A DNA stretch of 26,807 nt from Desulfurellales bacterium. Its GTDB lineage: Bacteria > Campylobacterota_A > Desulfurellia > Desulfurellales > Hippeaceae. The translations under genes were made by a program, and so were the position numbers. The notes below the pieces were generated by a model that was not told the DNA's origin, did not search any database, and saw nothing but the letters and a program-made list of their open reading frames with translations. Of this stretch, positions 1 through 8,192 are shown piece by piece. The stretch spans positions 1-26,807 of the forward strand of contig JALTDI010000108.1 in the NCBI GenBank assembly GCA_027074255.1. The letters run 5' to 3'. How positions within the stretch are numbered: position 1 is the stretch's first letter; every line of letters begins with the position of its first letter.

Positions 1-2
1 TT

Positions 3-425
3 AGAGAAATGGAAGATTTGCAGAAAAATCAGCGTCCTTATATCATTAAAGAGATTGAGGAAGCGAGGGCGAAGGGCGATTTGAGTGAGAACGCCGAATA
101 TCATGCGGCAAAAGAAAAACATGCTTTAATAGAAAATAGGATTTCTGAGCTGTCAAAAAAAATCAATAACGCACAGGTTGTGGATCCGAACAGCATTTCC
201 AAAGACAGAGTGGGCTTTGGATGCACGGTTGTGCTATATGATTTGGATAAAGACGAGAGCGTTGAATATATGATTGTAGGAGAAGACGAATCCGATCCCA
301 ATAATGCAAAAATTTCCATAAACAGCCCCATTGCCAAAGCGCTGCTCGGCAAGGAAGAAGGAGATGAGGTGCTTGTTAAGGTGCCTGCCGGAGACAGAAG
401 ATTCGAAATAGAAGAGATTAAATAA
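3..425 (+). CDS. greA: Transcription elongation factor GreA (5' truncated by window edge)
   Basis: Contains ARAKGDLSENAEYHAAKE and ISINSPIAKALLGK, the GreA signatures. The frame is open to the window edge and is about 20 aa short of a typical GreA, so the true start is upstream. Confidence 0.95.
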   Translation, partial: REMEDLQKNQRPYIIKEIEEARAKGDLSENAEYHAAKEKHALIENRISELSKKINNAQVVDPNSISKDRVGFGCTVVLYDLDKDESVEYMIVGEDESDPNNAKISINSPIAKALLGKEEGDEVLVKVPAGDRRFEIEEIK

Positions 426-1162
426 TGGAATTAAAGATACTGGAAAATATTGAAATTGCATCAAATATTTATTCCTTAAAAATAGATAACCCGGCTTTGT
501 TTGATGTTGTACCGGGTCAGTTTTTTATGGTTAAAATCAACGGTTTTGACTATCCTCTGCTTAGAAGACCTTTTAGTGTTGCGTCATTTGAAGACGATCA
601 TATAGGTATTATATACAAGGTTGTCGGGGAGGGAACAAAAATTTTGTCCGATAAAAAGCCCGGGGATTTTATTGATTTATTGGGCCCTCTTGGAAACGGC
701 TTTGGTGATGTTGAGAAGGATAAAAAGATATTGCTTGTCGGCGGCGGTATAGGTATTGCTCCTTTTATATATTTGAAGAATGTTTTGGAAAATGATTATA
801 AGATTAGTTATAAGGCATTCTTCGGTTTTAACACAAAGGATGAAATTTATATAGATTTCGGAGAGATAGCAACAATAGACGGAAGTTACGGTTTTGAGGG
901 CAATGTTGTTGATATGGTTGAGAACGAGATTGATAATAATTCTCTGATTTTTGCCTGCGGACCAACTATTATGCTCAAAAGATTGGCTTATTTGTGCTAT
1001 GAGAAGAATTGCGATATGCAGGTTTCTTTGGAATCGAGGATGGCCTGCGGCATCGGCGTGTGTCTTGGCTGTGTTATTGAAACAAACGACAAAGATTTTA
1101 AAAGGGTTTGTGTTGACGGACCTGTTTTTGATTATAAGGATATAGCATGGCAAACTCTGTAA
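425..1162 (+). CDS. pyrK: Dihydroorotate dehydrogenase electron transfer subunit (FAD, 2Fe-2S)
   Basis: LRRPFS FAD motif, LVGGGIGIAP NAD motif and C-terminal MACGIGVCLGC...VCVDGPVF 2Fe-2S motif. Start overlaps the greA stop (TAATG). Lies next to pyrD. Confidence 0.93.
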   Translation: MELKILENIEIASNIYSLKIDNPALFDVVPGQFFMVKINGFDYPLLRRPFSVASFEDDHIGIIYKVVGEGTKILSDKKPGDFIDLLGPLGNGFGDVEKDKKILLVGGGIGIAPFIYLKNVLENDYKISYKAFFGFNTKDEIYIDFGEIATIDGSYGFEGNVVDMVENEIDNNSLIFACGPTIMLKRLAYLCYEKNCDMQVSLESRMACGIGVCLGCVIETNDKDFKRVCVDGPVFDYKDIAWQTL

Positions 1163-2070
1163 ATATGTCCGTTAAATTGAGCAATATCATATTTAAAAAC
1201 CCTATTTTGGCGGCTTCGGGGACATTCGGATACGGATTTGAATATCAGAAATACCTGGATTTGAATATGCTTGGGGGTTTCATAGTAAAAGGACTGAGCG
1301 TCAAAGAGAAGAAGGGCAACAAACCGCCGAGGATTGTTGAAACACCCTGCGGAATGCTGAATGCAATAGGTTTGCAGAATGTTGGTGTAGATAGATTTGT
1401 TAATGAAAAACTTCCCGAGATTAAAGATTTAAACACGCATATAATTGCCAATATATACGGAAGCAAGGAGGCTGAATTTGTTGAAATAGCTGAAAAGCTT
1501 GATTTAGAGAAGGCTGTTTCGGCTATCGAGGTCAATGTGTCATGCCCCAATGTTTCCAAAGGCGGTGCACTTTTCGGTAAAAACCCCGATTCCGTTTTTA
1601 ATTTGACGAAGCTTATAAAAAGCTCAACAAAAAAACCCGTCATTGTCAAATTAACACCCAACGTAGAAGATATTTCTCTTATAGCTGAGGCGGCTGAATC
1701 GGCCGGTGCAGATGCCGTAAGTTTGATAAATACCATTACCGGTATGGTTATAGATATAAAGGCAAAAAAACCTTTTTTGGCGAATAAAACCGGAGGACTG
1801 AGCGGCCCTGCCATATATCCTGTGGGCGTGAGAATGGTTTATGAGGTATATGAGAAAATAAATATACCTATCATAGGTGTAGGCGGTATATATAACAGCG
1901 ATGTTGCCATTCAGTACATTATGGCCGGTGCATCTTTAATCGAAATAGGAACCGCAAATTTTATAAACCCCGACATAACAGTGAAGATTATCAAAGGTAT
2001 GAGGGAGTTTTTGAGTCGTGAAAATATTCAAAGTGTTTCGGATATTGTTGGCGCTGCTCATAGCATGTAA
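1147..2070 (+). CDS. pyrD: Dihydroorotate dehydrogenase family 1B, catalytic subunit
   Basis: KNPILAASGTFGYG, NAIGLQN, NVSCPN (catalytic Cys), VKLTPN and GGLSG motifs; paired with pyrK. Confidence 0.95.
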   Translation: MANSVNMSVKLSNIIFKNPILAASGTFGYGFEYQKYLDLNMLGGFIVKGLSVKEKKGNKPPRIVETPCGMLNAIGLQNVGVDRFVNEKLPEIKDLNTHIIANIYGSKEAEFVEIAEKLDLEKAVSAIEVNVSCPNVSKGGALFGKNPDSVFNLTKLIKSSTKKPVIVKLTPNVEDISLIAEAAESAGADAVSLINTITGMVIDIKAKKPFLANKTGGLSGPAIYPVGVRMVYEVYEKINIPIIGVGGIYNSDVAIQYIMAGASLIEIGTANFINPDITVKIIKGMREFLSRENIQSVSDIVGAAHSM

Positions 2071-2569
2071 TTTTGCGTCATTTTCCGCTGCATCCGATAA
2101 TTTAGAGCATATTTTTAAACTTTACAGCAATAAAACGTCAACGCTGTGCTTCAAACAGACATCTATTAACGGAATGAGCGGCCAAAAGATAATCAGAGAC
2201 GGCAAACTTACCATAAATGCTAAAAAAAACATGGTTTTTGACTATAAAAATGAAAAGGTGATTATAAACGACTTTGAGGCCATTGATTATGTTCATTCCA
2301 AAAAATATATTTACAAGCTTTCTGGTTTTAACAGAGTCCTGTTTTTGCTGTTTTTGGGCAAAGAAGATGTAAATCGTTTATTCAGCATCCGATTTAAAGG
2401 CAAAGAATATGTGCTTACGCCAAAATATAAAAGCAATATAGATAAGGTCTATGCCTATTTTAAAAATGACTCTCAGATTGACAATATGACTATTTCAGAC
2501 ATATATTCCAACAAAACCATATATCAATTTTATGCTCCTCCTTGTAAGCGAACACAAAGCGGAAATTGA
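2018..2569 (+). CDS. LolA-like periplasmic lipoprotein carrier protein
   Basis: Sec signal peptide, F-x-Q...G-K-L-T-I...F-D-Y pattern typical of the LolA fold, 183 aa, RBS GAGGGAG upstream of a GTG start. The match is divergent. Confidence 0.6.
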   Translation: MKIFKVFRILLALLIACNFASFSAASDNLEHIFKLYSNKTSTLCFKQTSINGMSGQKIIRDGKLTINAKKNMVFDYKNEKVIINDFEAIDYVHSKKYIYKLSGFNRVLFLLFLGKEDVNRLFSIRFKGKEYVLTPKYKSNIDKVYAYFKNDSQIDNMTISDIYSNKTIYQFYAPPCKRTQSGN

Positions 2570-4202
2570 GCCACTTTTAAAGCTATATCCTCTTAAAAAG
2601 CACTCTAATCTGTTAGAACACGATAATCTTGCCGTTTTCATAAACTACGGACAAAAATCTTTAAATCTCGGTTATAGTGTGACGTCTATTTTATCAAAGC
2701 ATGATGAGATAAATATTGCTGTTTTGTTTGGATATTCGGGCTCATTAAACGATGAGTTTAAGATAGGGGATGTTTTTTTCGGCAGGAAAGTAAAGCTTAT
2801 GCACAATAAAAAACCGGTTTTTAATCCCATTGATATGCCTTATATCAGGGGTGAAAAATCGGCTGAAATGATTAGTCTGCTTGATGAGTATGATACAGAT
2901 AATGAATTTTTAAGTCTATTTGCCGATACGGTTGATAAAGAGAGCTATTTTTTTGCCAAAGCGACAAAGAGCGTCAATAAATTCGGTTTAGTGCTGAGGG
3001 TGATAAGCGATGATAATTCAGGTATGGCATCAGCCGATTTTGCAAGAAAAAATTTTCGCTGCGATGTAGCTAAGGTGAAAGACATAATTGATAAATTGCT
3101 GTTAATAGAAAAGGACAGCGTTCTTTTTGAGATATTCAGATATACGGGTATTTTTGATATAAACGTTTTGAAAGGGCTTGGAAAGTTGATTGCAAAGCGC
3201 AGGTTGACATTTTCTCTAAGACAGAAACTCTACAAAAAAATCAAAATCAATATGTCAAAACCGTATAAGCCGAAAAAAATCACCAAACCTGCAATATTTT
3301 TGGAAAAAGGGGTTGATAAAAGCAGGATAGGCATTCGCATTGATAAAAAAAGATGCTTTGAAATTGACGATTATACGGCATATTTTCACAATCTGTCGGA
3401 TAGAATGGCTTTTATTTTTGCAGACAAAAAGGGAGAATTTTTGAGAAAAACGCCCGATAGCTACACGCCGGACAAATCATACGGATATTCAATTCTTAAT
3501 GCCTATAATTGTCTATACGACTGTTCATACTGTTTTTTGAAGGGTTATTTTAAAAGTTTTAATCCTGTTGTTTTTTTAAATTATGAGGACTATTTCAAAG
3601 CCGTTGAGGATACTTTGGAAAAGGATAAAAAACGTCCCTTATATTTTTATTCTGGAACATTTTCCGATTCTTTGTCTTTCGGTGCATTTTGTGATTTTAA
3701 TTTGAGACTTGTTGAGTTTTTTAAAGGCATTGATGAGGATATTTATCTTGAATTAAGAACAAAATCAGACAGTATTGAAGAGCTGAGCAAGCTTGAACCG
3801 AGTAAAAAAATAATTGCTGCATTTTCTCTAAACCCGCAAATTATCATAGACAAATATGAGCATTTTACGCCTAATCTTGAAAGAAGACTTGCCGCAATTA
3901 GGAAACTTGACGATAAAGGTTTTCAAATAGGCATAAGATTTGACCCTGTTTTTGTGGATTATATCGATGAGTATACAGAGTTGATAAACAAGATAAAAAC
4001 GATAAAAAACCTCCATTCCGTGGAGATAGGTTTTTTGAGATACGATAAGAACGACTATGCAAATCTGCTTATCAAAAATGCTTCCATATTAAAAAAACTT
4101 ATACCAGCTGATGGAATGTATAGATATCCGAATGACAAAAGAGCCGAGTATGTAGGCATTTTTTCAAAATTGATGCATAAATTTTATGTAAATATGGAAT
4201 AA
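2532..4202 (+). CDS. Fusion: N-terminal MTA/SAH nucleosidase / nucleoside phosphorylase-like domain plus C-terminal spore photoproduct lyase (SplB)-like radical SAM domain
   Basis: N-terminus has GYSGSL...IGDV, VDKESY and LRVISD (PNP_UDP_1-type motifs). C-terminus has NCLYDCSYCFL (CxxxCxxC), YSGTFSDSL, LELRTKS, AFSLNP and IGIRFDP, as in SplB-family proteins. Confidence 0.75.
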   Translation: MLLLVSEHKAEIEPLLKLYPLKKHSNLLEHDNLAVFINYGQKSLNLGYSVTSILSKHDEINIAVLFGYSGSLNDEFKIGDVFFGRKVKLMHNKKPVFNPIDMPYIRGEKSAEMISLLDEYDTDNEFLSLFADTVDKESYFFAKATKSVNKFGLVLRVISDDNSGMASADFARKNFRCDVAKVKDIIDKLLLIEKDSVLFEIFRYTGIFDINVLKGLGKLIAKRRLTFSLRQKLYKKIKINMSKPYKPKKITKPAIFLEKGVDKSRIGIRIDKKRCFEIDDYTAYFHNLSDRMAFIFADKKGEFLRKTPDSYTPDKSYGYSILNAYNCLYDCSYCFLKGYFKSFNPVVFLNYEDYFKAVEDTLEKDKKRPLYFYSGTFSDSLSFGAFCDFNLRLVEFFKGIDEDIYLELRTKSDSIEELSKLEPSKKIIAAFSLNPQIIIDKYEHFTPNLERRLAAIRKLDDKGFQIGIRFDPVFVDYIDEYTELINKIKTIKNLHSVEIGFLRYDKNDYANLLIKNASILKKLIPADGMYRYPNDKRAEYVGIFSKLMHKFYVNME

Positions 4203-4228
4203 AGATTTATTTCTTTATTTGTGAAAAA

Positions 4229-4242
4229 TTGATATAGGTCAA
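4229..4242. promoter_or_regulatory. Crp/Fnr-family (FNR/DNR/NnrR/HcpR-like) binding site
   Basis: TTGAT-ATAG-GTCAA, a 9/10 match to TTGAT-N4-ATCAA. Centred at 4235.5, about 41 nt upstream of the start predicted from the extended -10 at 4261-4269. Confidence 0.7.
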
Positions 4243-4260
4243 GGAAATGGAATTCAGCAG

Positions 4261-4269
4261 TGCTATAAT
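4261..4269 (+). promoter_or_regulatory. Extended -10 element of putative activator-dependent nos promoter P1
   Basis: TG-C-TATAAT, a perfect extended -10. There is no good -35, and the Fnr-like box occupies the class II activator position. Confidence 0.65.
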
Positions 4270-4288
4270 TAAATAACAAGGAGAGAAA

Positions 4289-4360
4289 ATGTTGAAGCAG
4301 GATTTCATTGTGCGCTATATCTCTGTAAAAGGAGAAATTATTGTTATTAAATATAATTGA
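4289..4360 (+). CDS. Putative 23-aa leader/upstream ORF (MLKQDFIVRYISVKGEIIVIKYN)
   Basis: AAGGAG at 4278-4283, ATG 5 nt later, TGA at 4358-4360. No family recognised. Confidence 0.3.
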   Translation: MLKQDFIVRYISVKGEIIVIKYN

Positions 4361-4385
4361 CAAAAATAAATATTTTATGTAATAT
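4357..4385 (+). promoter_or_regulatory. Sigma70-type promoter P2 upstream of nosZ
   Basis: TTGACA (4357-4362), 17 nt spacer, TAATAT (4380-4385). Confidence 0.6.
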
Positions 4386-4456
4386 TTTAGTAAGAAAAAT
4401 TAGCAGGTAGTTTTTGTTTCACATATATTTAGTTTTATTGTTTTGAGGAGGTGTTT

Positions 4457-6520
4457 ATGGATAAGGATAAGAAAAAAGGCGGGGTGTCAAGAAGAACCAT
4501 ACTTAAACGAGCGGCCATTGGTGGTATAGGCGCTGCTGCGCTTGGTGCGGGGCTATCTGCCACTAAAACACCCAAAGCCGATGCAGCCGGGATTTCCGGT
4601 GAATTGGCAAAGGTGATGAAGGAAAGAAATCTTACCCCCGATAATGTTCTTGCTGCTGCAAAGACGTATATCCCAGAAGGCGTACATGATCCTTATATCT
4701 GTTTGTCATCCGGTGGACAGAGCGGCCATTTGTTTCTTTATGGTGTTCCTTCAATGAGACTTATTAAAACTATAGCTGTTTTTGCTCCAGAGACATGGCA
4801 GGGCTGGGGGTATGATAAGGAATCACAGGAAATTATTAAACAGGGCTCTGTTCTGGGAAGACCTGTTCATACCGGCGATACTCACCATCCTGGATTTTCA
4901 GAAACAAAGGGTGATTATGATGGTGAATATGCTTTTATTAATGATAAGAGCCAGGGTAGAATAGCTGTTATAGACACTCGTGACTGGCAGACAAAGCAAA
5001 TTGTTAAAAACCCTGTGTTGAAATCTACACACGGCGGAACAAGCGTCACTCAGAACACGGAATATATCTTTACAGCCTGTCAGTATGCTGCACCGTATGA
5101 TAATAAGTATCATGATCCTATGGATCAGGAAGTTTACAACACAATTTTTAGAGGAGGCCATACATACTGGAAGTTCGATAGGAAAAAAGGCAAAGTGGAT
5201 ATGGAAAATTCATTTACCATTGAATTGCCGCCATATATGCAGGATATTAACGACTGCGGTAAATTAATGAGTGGTGACTGGGGTTTTTCTAATTCTTTCA
5301 ATACGGAAAGGTACACAGGCGGAATAGAACGTGGTATGCCTCCGTTTGAGGCAGGTTGTTCTGCAAACGATACCGACTTCATTCATATGACAAACTGGAA
5401 AAAGGCTGAAGAGGTTATTAAGAAGGGTAATTATAAGACGATTAATGGTCACAAGGTCATACCTATTAAGGTTGCTGTTGAAAACGGTCTTGTCTATTTA
5501 ATACCTGTTATGAAGAGTCCTCACGGAATAACAGTTAGTCCGGATGGCAGGTATATTTTGGCATCGGGTAAACTGGATACTCACACCTCTGTTTACGATT
5601 TCAAAAAGATTCAGCACCTGATAGAAAACAAGATATACGACGGAAGAGATCCCTACGGACTTCCCATTCTCTCAATGAGAAGGACACTTCATGGTATGGT
5701 ACAAACTGGTCTTGGTCCTTTGCATAACCAGTTTGACGTTGCTGACACCCATATAGCATACAACTCTCTCTTTGTTGATTCGGCAATCGTTAAGTATGAT
5801 TATTTAAAACTCAAAGTTTTGGACAGGATACCTATTCATTATAATGTAGGCCACTTGACAGCCGTTCACGGTGATACGGTAAATCCGAGAGGGAAATATT
5901 TAATTTCTCTAAACAAACTTGCTATTGATAGATTTGCTGATGTTGGTCCTCTGCATCCTCAAAACCACGAATTGATAGATATATCTGATCCTTTGAATAA
6001 AAAAATGAGAATGCTCTATGCTATGCCTTTCCCGCTTGGCGAACCTCACTATGCACAGATTATAGAGACAAAGACAGTTGAAAAGAGAGCATGGAAGGTA
6101 TATCCTCTTGGAACAGACCCGGTAACTATGGCAAGATCACCCAACAGAACTCTTGCAGGCCGTGAGAAAATCGTAAGAAAAGGCAACCATGTAGAGGTTT
6201 GGGGAACAGCAATCAGGAGTCACTTCAATCCTGAGCATATATACTGCAAGGTCGGAGATAAGGTTACTATTCATATAACGAACCTCGAAAGGGCTGAGGA
6301 TGAGACCCACGATTTTGGAGTTTACTACTTCAATGTAACAGCATCACTGGAGCCCGGAAAAACTGCTACCGTTGAATTTGTGGCTGATAAAGAGGGAATA
6401 TATCCGTTCTATTGCCAGGAATTCTGCTCTGCTCTGCACCTTGAAATGTTTGGCTACATAGCCGTATTGCCAAAAGACGGTAAATTCCCCGAAGGTGCAT
6501 TCTTTAACAAGGAAGGCTAA
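4457..6520 (+). CDS. nosZ: Nitrous oxide reductase, clade II type, with Tat signal peptide
   Basis: All seven CuZ His motifs are present (DTHH, THGG, SPHG, GPLH, NVGH, GEPH). CuA site is ETHDF plus CQEFCSALHLEM. Clade II-type N-terminal core DPY...SGGQSG...GVPSMRL.K.I.VF. Signal SRRTILK, h-region, ADA cleavage site. RBS GAGGAGG favours ATG 4457 over the ORF-track start at 4451. Confidence 0.97.
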   Translation: MDKDKKKGGVSRRTILKRAAIGGIGAAALGAGLSATKTPKADAAGISGELAKVMKERNLTPDNVLAAAKTYIPEGVHDPYICLSSGGQSGHLFLYGVPSMRLIKTIAVFAPETWQGWGYDKESQEIIKQGSVLGRPVHTGDTHHPGFSETKGDYDGEYAFINDKSQGRIAVIDTRDWQTKQIVKNPVLKSTHGGTSVTQNTEYIFTACQYAAPYDNKYHDPMDQEVYNTIFRGGHTYWKFDRKKGKVDMENSFTIELPPYMQDINDCGKLMSGDWGFSNSFNTERYTGGIERGMPPFEAGCSANDTDFIHMTNWKKAEEVIKKGNYKTINGHKVIPIKVAVENGLVYLIPVMKSPHGITVSPDGRYILASGKLDTHTSVYDFKKIQHLIENKIYDGRDPYGLPILSMRRTLHGMVQTGLGPLHNQFDVADTHIAYNSLFVDSAIVKYDYLKLKVLDRIPIHYNVGHLTAVHGDTVNPRGKYLISLNKLAIDRFADVGPLHPQNHELIDISDPLNKKMRMLYAMPFPLGEPHYAQIIETKTVEKRAWKVYPLGTDPVTMARSPNRTLAGREKIVRKGNHVEVWGTAIRSHFNPEHIYCKVGDKVTIHITNLERAEDETHDFGVYYFNVTASLEPGKTATVEFVADKEGIYPFYCQEFCSALHLEMFGYIAVLPKDGKFPEGAFFNKEG

Positions 6521-6539
6521 AATTTGAAAGGAGTGGGCT

Positions 6540-6926
6540 ATGAAGAGATTGTTGAGAATTGAAATTGTATTGTTTGCCGTAGTAGCACTATTGAGTTTGG
6601 GTTCGGTTAGCTCGTTTGCCGGCCAAAACTATAAGGCTCTCTACCAAAAAACAATAAAGACAAATGACGGTATAAGGCATCAGATAAAAATAGTTAAGGC
6701 AAAGCTATTAAAAGCCGGCTATAAAAAGAACACCACAGCAGTCGGAATAATGAGCGATGCAAATGACCAGATAAAATATGCAAACGAAGTGAGAACTAAG
6801 TCTGATAAATTGGCAAAAGAGGGTAAATATAAGTCCGCTTATTTGTGGGCTTATCAGGAATTCCAATATCTTGTAAAGGCTGTTGTTAAATTGAATGTTA
6901 TAAATAACCTGTTAACATCTAAATAA
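6540..6926 (+). CDS. Secreted alpha-helical protein of unknown function (nos accessory X1; paralog of 8189-8584)
   Basis: RBS AAGGAG, Sec signal ending SFA-G, no Cys or heme motif. Shares N(Y/F)..Y.K...TN.G and AK..K(Y/W)..AY(L/I)WA..E(F/W).YL with X2. Confidence 0.8.
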   Translation: MKRLLRIEIVLFAVVALLSLGSVSSFAGQNYKALYQKTIKTNDGIRHQIKIVKAKLLKAGYKKNTTAVGIMSDANDQIKYANEVRTKSDKLAKEGKYKSAYLWAYQEFQYLVKAVVKLNVINNLLTSK

Positions 6927-6946
6927 TTTTAAGGGTTTATTATTTA

Positions 6947-6984
6947 GGGGACGAAACCTAAAACGGCTTTGTCCCCGTATTTTT
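6947..6984 (+). terminator. Intercistronic hairpin (partial terminator or mRNA stabiliser)
   Basis: GGGGACGAAACC-TAAAAC-GGCTTTGTCCCC imperfect stem followed by GTATTTTT. Confidence 0.55.
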
Positions 6985-6995
6985 GGAGGCTTGTT

Positions 6996-7403
6996 ATGAA
7001 AAAGAGTTTAATGGGTATCGCAATGGCGGTAATAATGCTGGCAGTGGGATTGAATTCGGCTAATACTTTTGCAGCCGGCAGTAAAACATTAACAAAGCAG
7101 GATATTTCAAAGCTGAGGGATGTTTTTGATAATTACGGCTGCAGCGGCTGCCATATGTATATGCACAAAGACAGTACCTCAGGTCCGGCTGTGGCTGTCA
7201 TAGCGGCATTGTCAAAAGCAAAACCTGAAAAATGGGTTATAAGCTGGATTATGAATCCAAAGCCACACTATGCAGAGCCGGACGTTAAAGCTTTAATCAA
7301 TCAATATGTTCAGTATATGCCTAACAACGGCGTAAAGAAGGAAGACGCCAAAAAGCTGTATGACTACTTAATGGCGGTGGCAGATGGAAAAGTAAAAAAA
7401 TAA
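6996..7403 (+). CDS. Periplasmic monoheme cytochrome c (NosC-like)
   Basis: Sec signal, CSGCH heme motif, distal YMPN Met and W..WI.NP motif. RBS GGAGG supports ATG 6996. Confidence 0.88.
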   Translation: MKKSLMGIAMAVIMLAVGLNSANTFAAGSKTLTKQDISKLRDVFDNYGCSGCHMYMHKDSTSGPAVAVIAALSKAKPEKWVISWIMNPKPHYAEPDVKALINQYVQYMPNNGVKKEDAKKLYDYLMAVADGKVKK

Positions 7404-7409
7404 GGAGAT

Positions 7410-8192
7410 ATGGCAAAAGTGAAATTGGAAAAATTCCAAATTTATGGATTAATAGGAGCGGCTGTTTTTTTTGTGGCTCTTTTGTGGCCTAAGGTTTATG
7501 ATAAAAATGTTTATCAAAATAAATTGAATGCATCAAGAGTCGAAATGGTTTACGGCTTAAAGGGTTTTGTAAAGAACTGGGAGTATTTGGGTAGGAAGAT
7601 ACCCCGATTTGTTGTGCCTGTCGGTTCCAAGGTTATTGTTCCTCGCGGAAATCCTCTATGGAGAATCATACTTGATGCCCCTCAGTATCCAAGAACCGCT
7701 TTTCCCGACGGTCTGCTGGTCAATATTTATATTAACGGGCCTGCTAACGGGTGTAAAACCATGTCTTGTTTGCATGAGATAGATACGATTAATCACTATA
7801 TAGGTATGCAGTCTTTGAGTATAGCATCTCCCGTTATGAGCAGAATAGGCGGGTATCTCGCTTTTTTTATGTTTTTATCTTTACTTGTTTTTGTGTTCGT
7901 CAAAAAGAGGCTGCTCGGGTATCTTGTGATTTTGCCTCTTGTGACTCCGTTCATATTTTTAACCGTATTTTCTTTTTGGACGCATTGGTTGGGGTACAAT
8001 TTAAACGCGTGGGCATCGTTTAAGGTCCATGAATTTACTCCTATTCTCTACGGCATAGGAAAGGTTGCCCAGTTTTCTACACATAACAGGCCTGCTATCG
8101 GGTTTTCTATTCTTTTGATTTCTGTTGTGTTTATATCACTGTCGTATCTTTCAAAAAGAAAATATTTAAAGCAGGAAGGACTTTTGAAATGA
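7410..8192 (+). CDS. nosB: NosB, clade II nos membrane protein
   Basis: PLW.I.L.APQYP...GL and HEIDTINHYIGM conserved blocks, one N-terminal and three C-terminal TM segments, located in the nos cluster. Confidence 0.85.
   Translation: MAKVKLEKFQIYGLIGAAVFFVALLWPKVYDKNVYQNKLNASRVEMVYGLKGFVKNWEYLGRKIPRFVVPVGSKVIVPRGNPLWRIILDAPQYPRTAFPDGLLVNIYINGPANGCKTMSCLHEIDTINHYIGMQSLSIASPVMSRIGGYLAFFMFLSLLVFVFVKKRLLGYLVILPLVTPFIFLTVFSFWTHWLGYNLNAWASFKVHEFTPILYGIGKVAQFSTHNRPAIGFSILLISVVFISLSYLSKRKYLKQEGLLK

Noticed and set aside
1245-1814. 189-aa minus-strand ORF
   Set aside because: Antisense shadow of pyrD with no recognisable motifs or RBS.
4457-6520. Clade III (lactonase-type) N2O reductase or cytochrome c-fused cNosZ
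   Set aside because: All canonical CuZ and CuA motifs are present with clade II-type context, and there is no CxxCH after the CuA domain.
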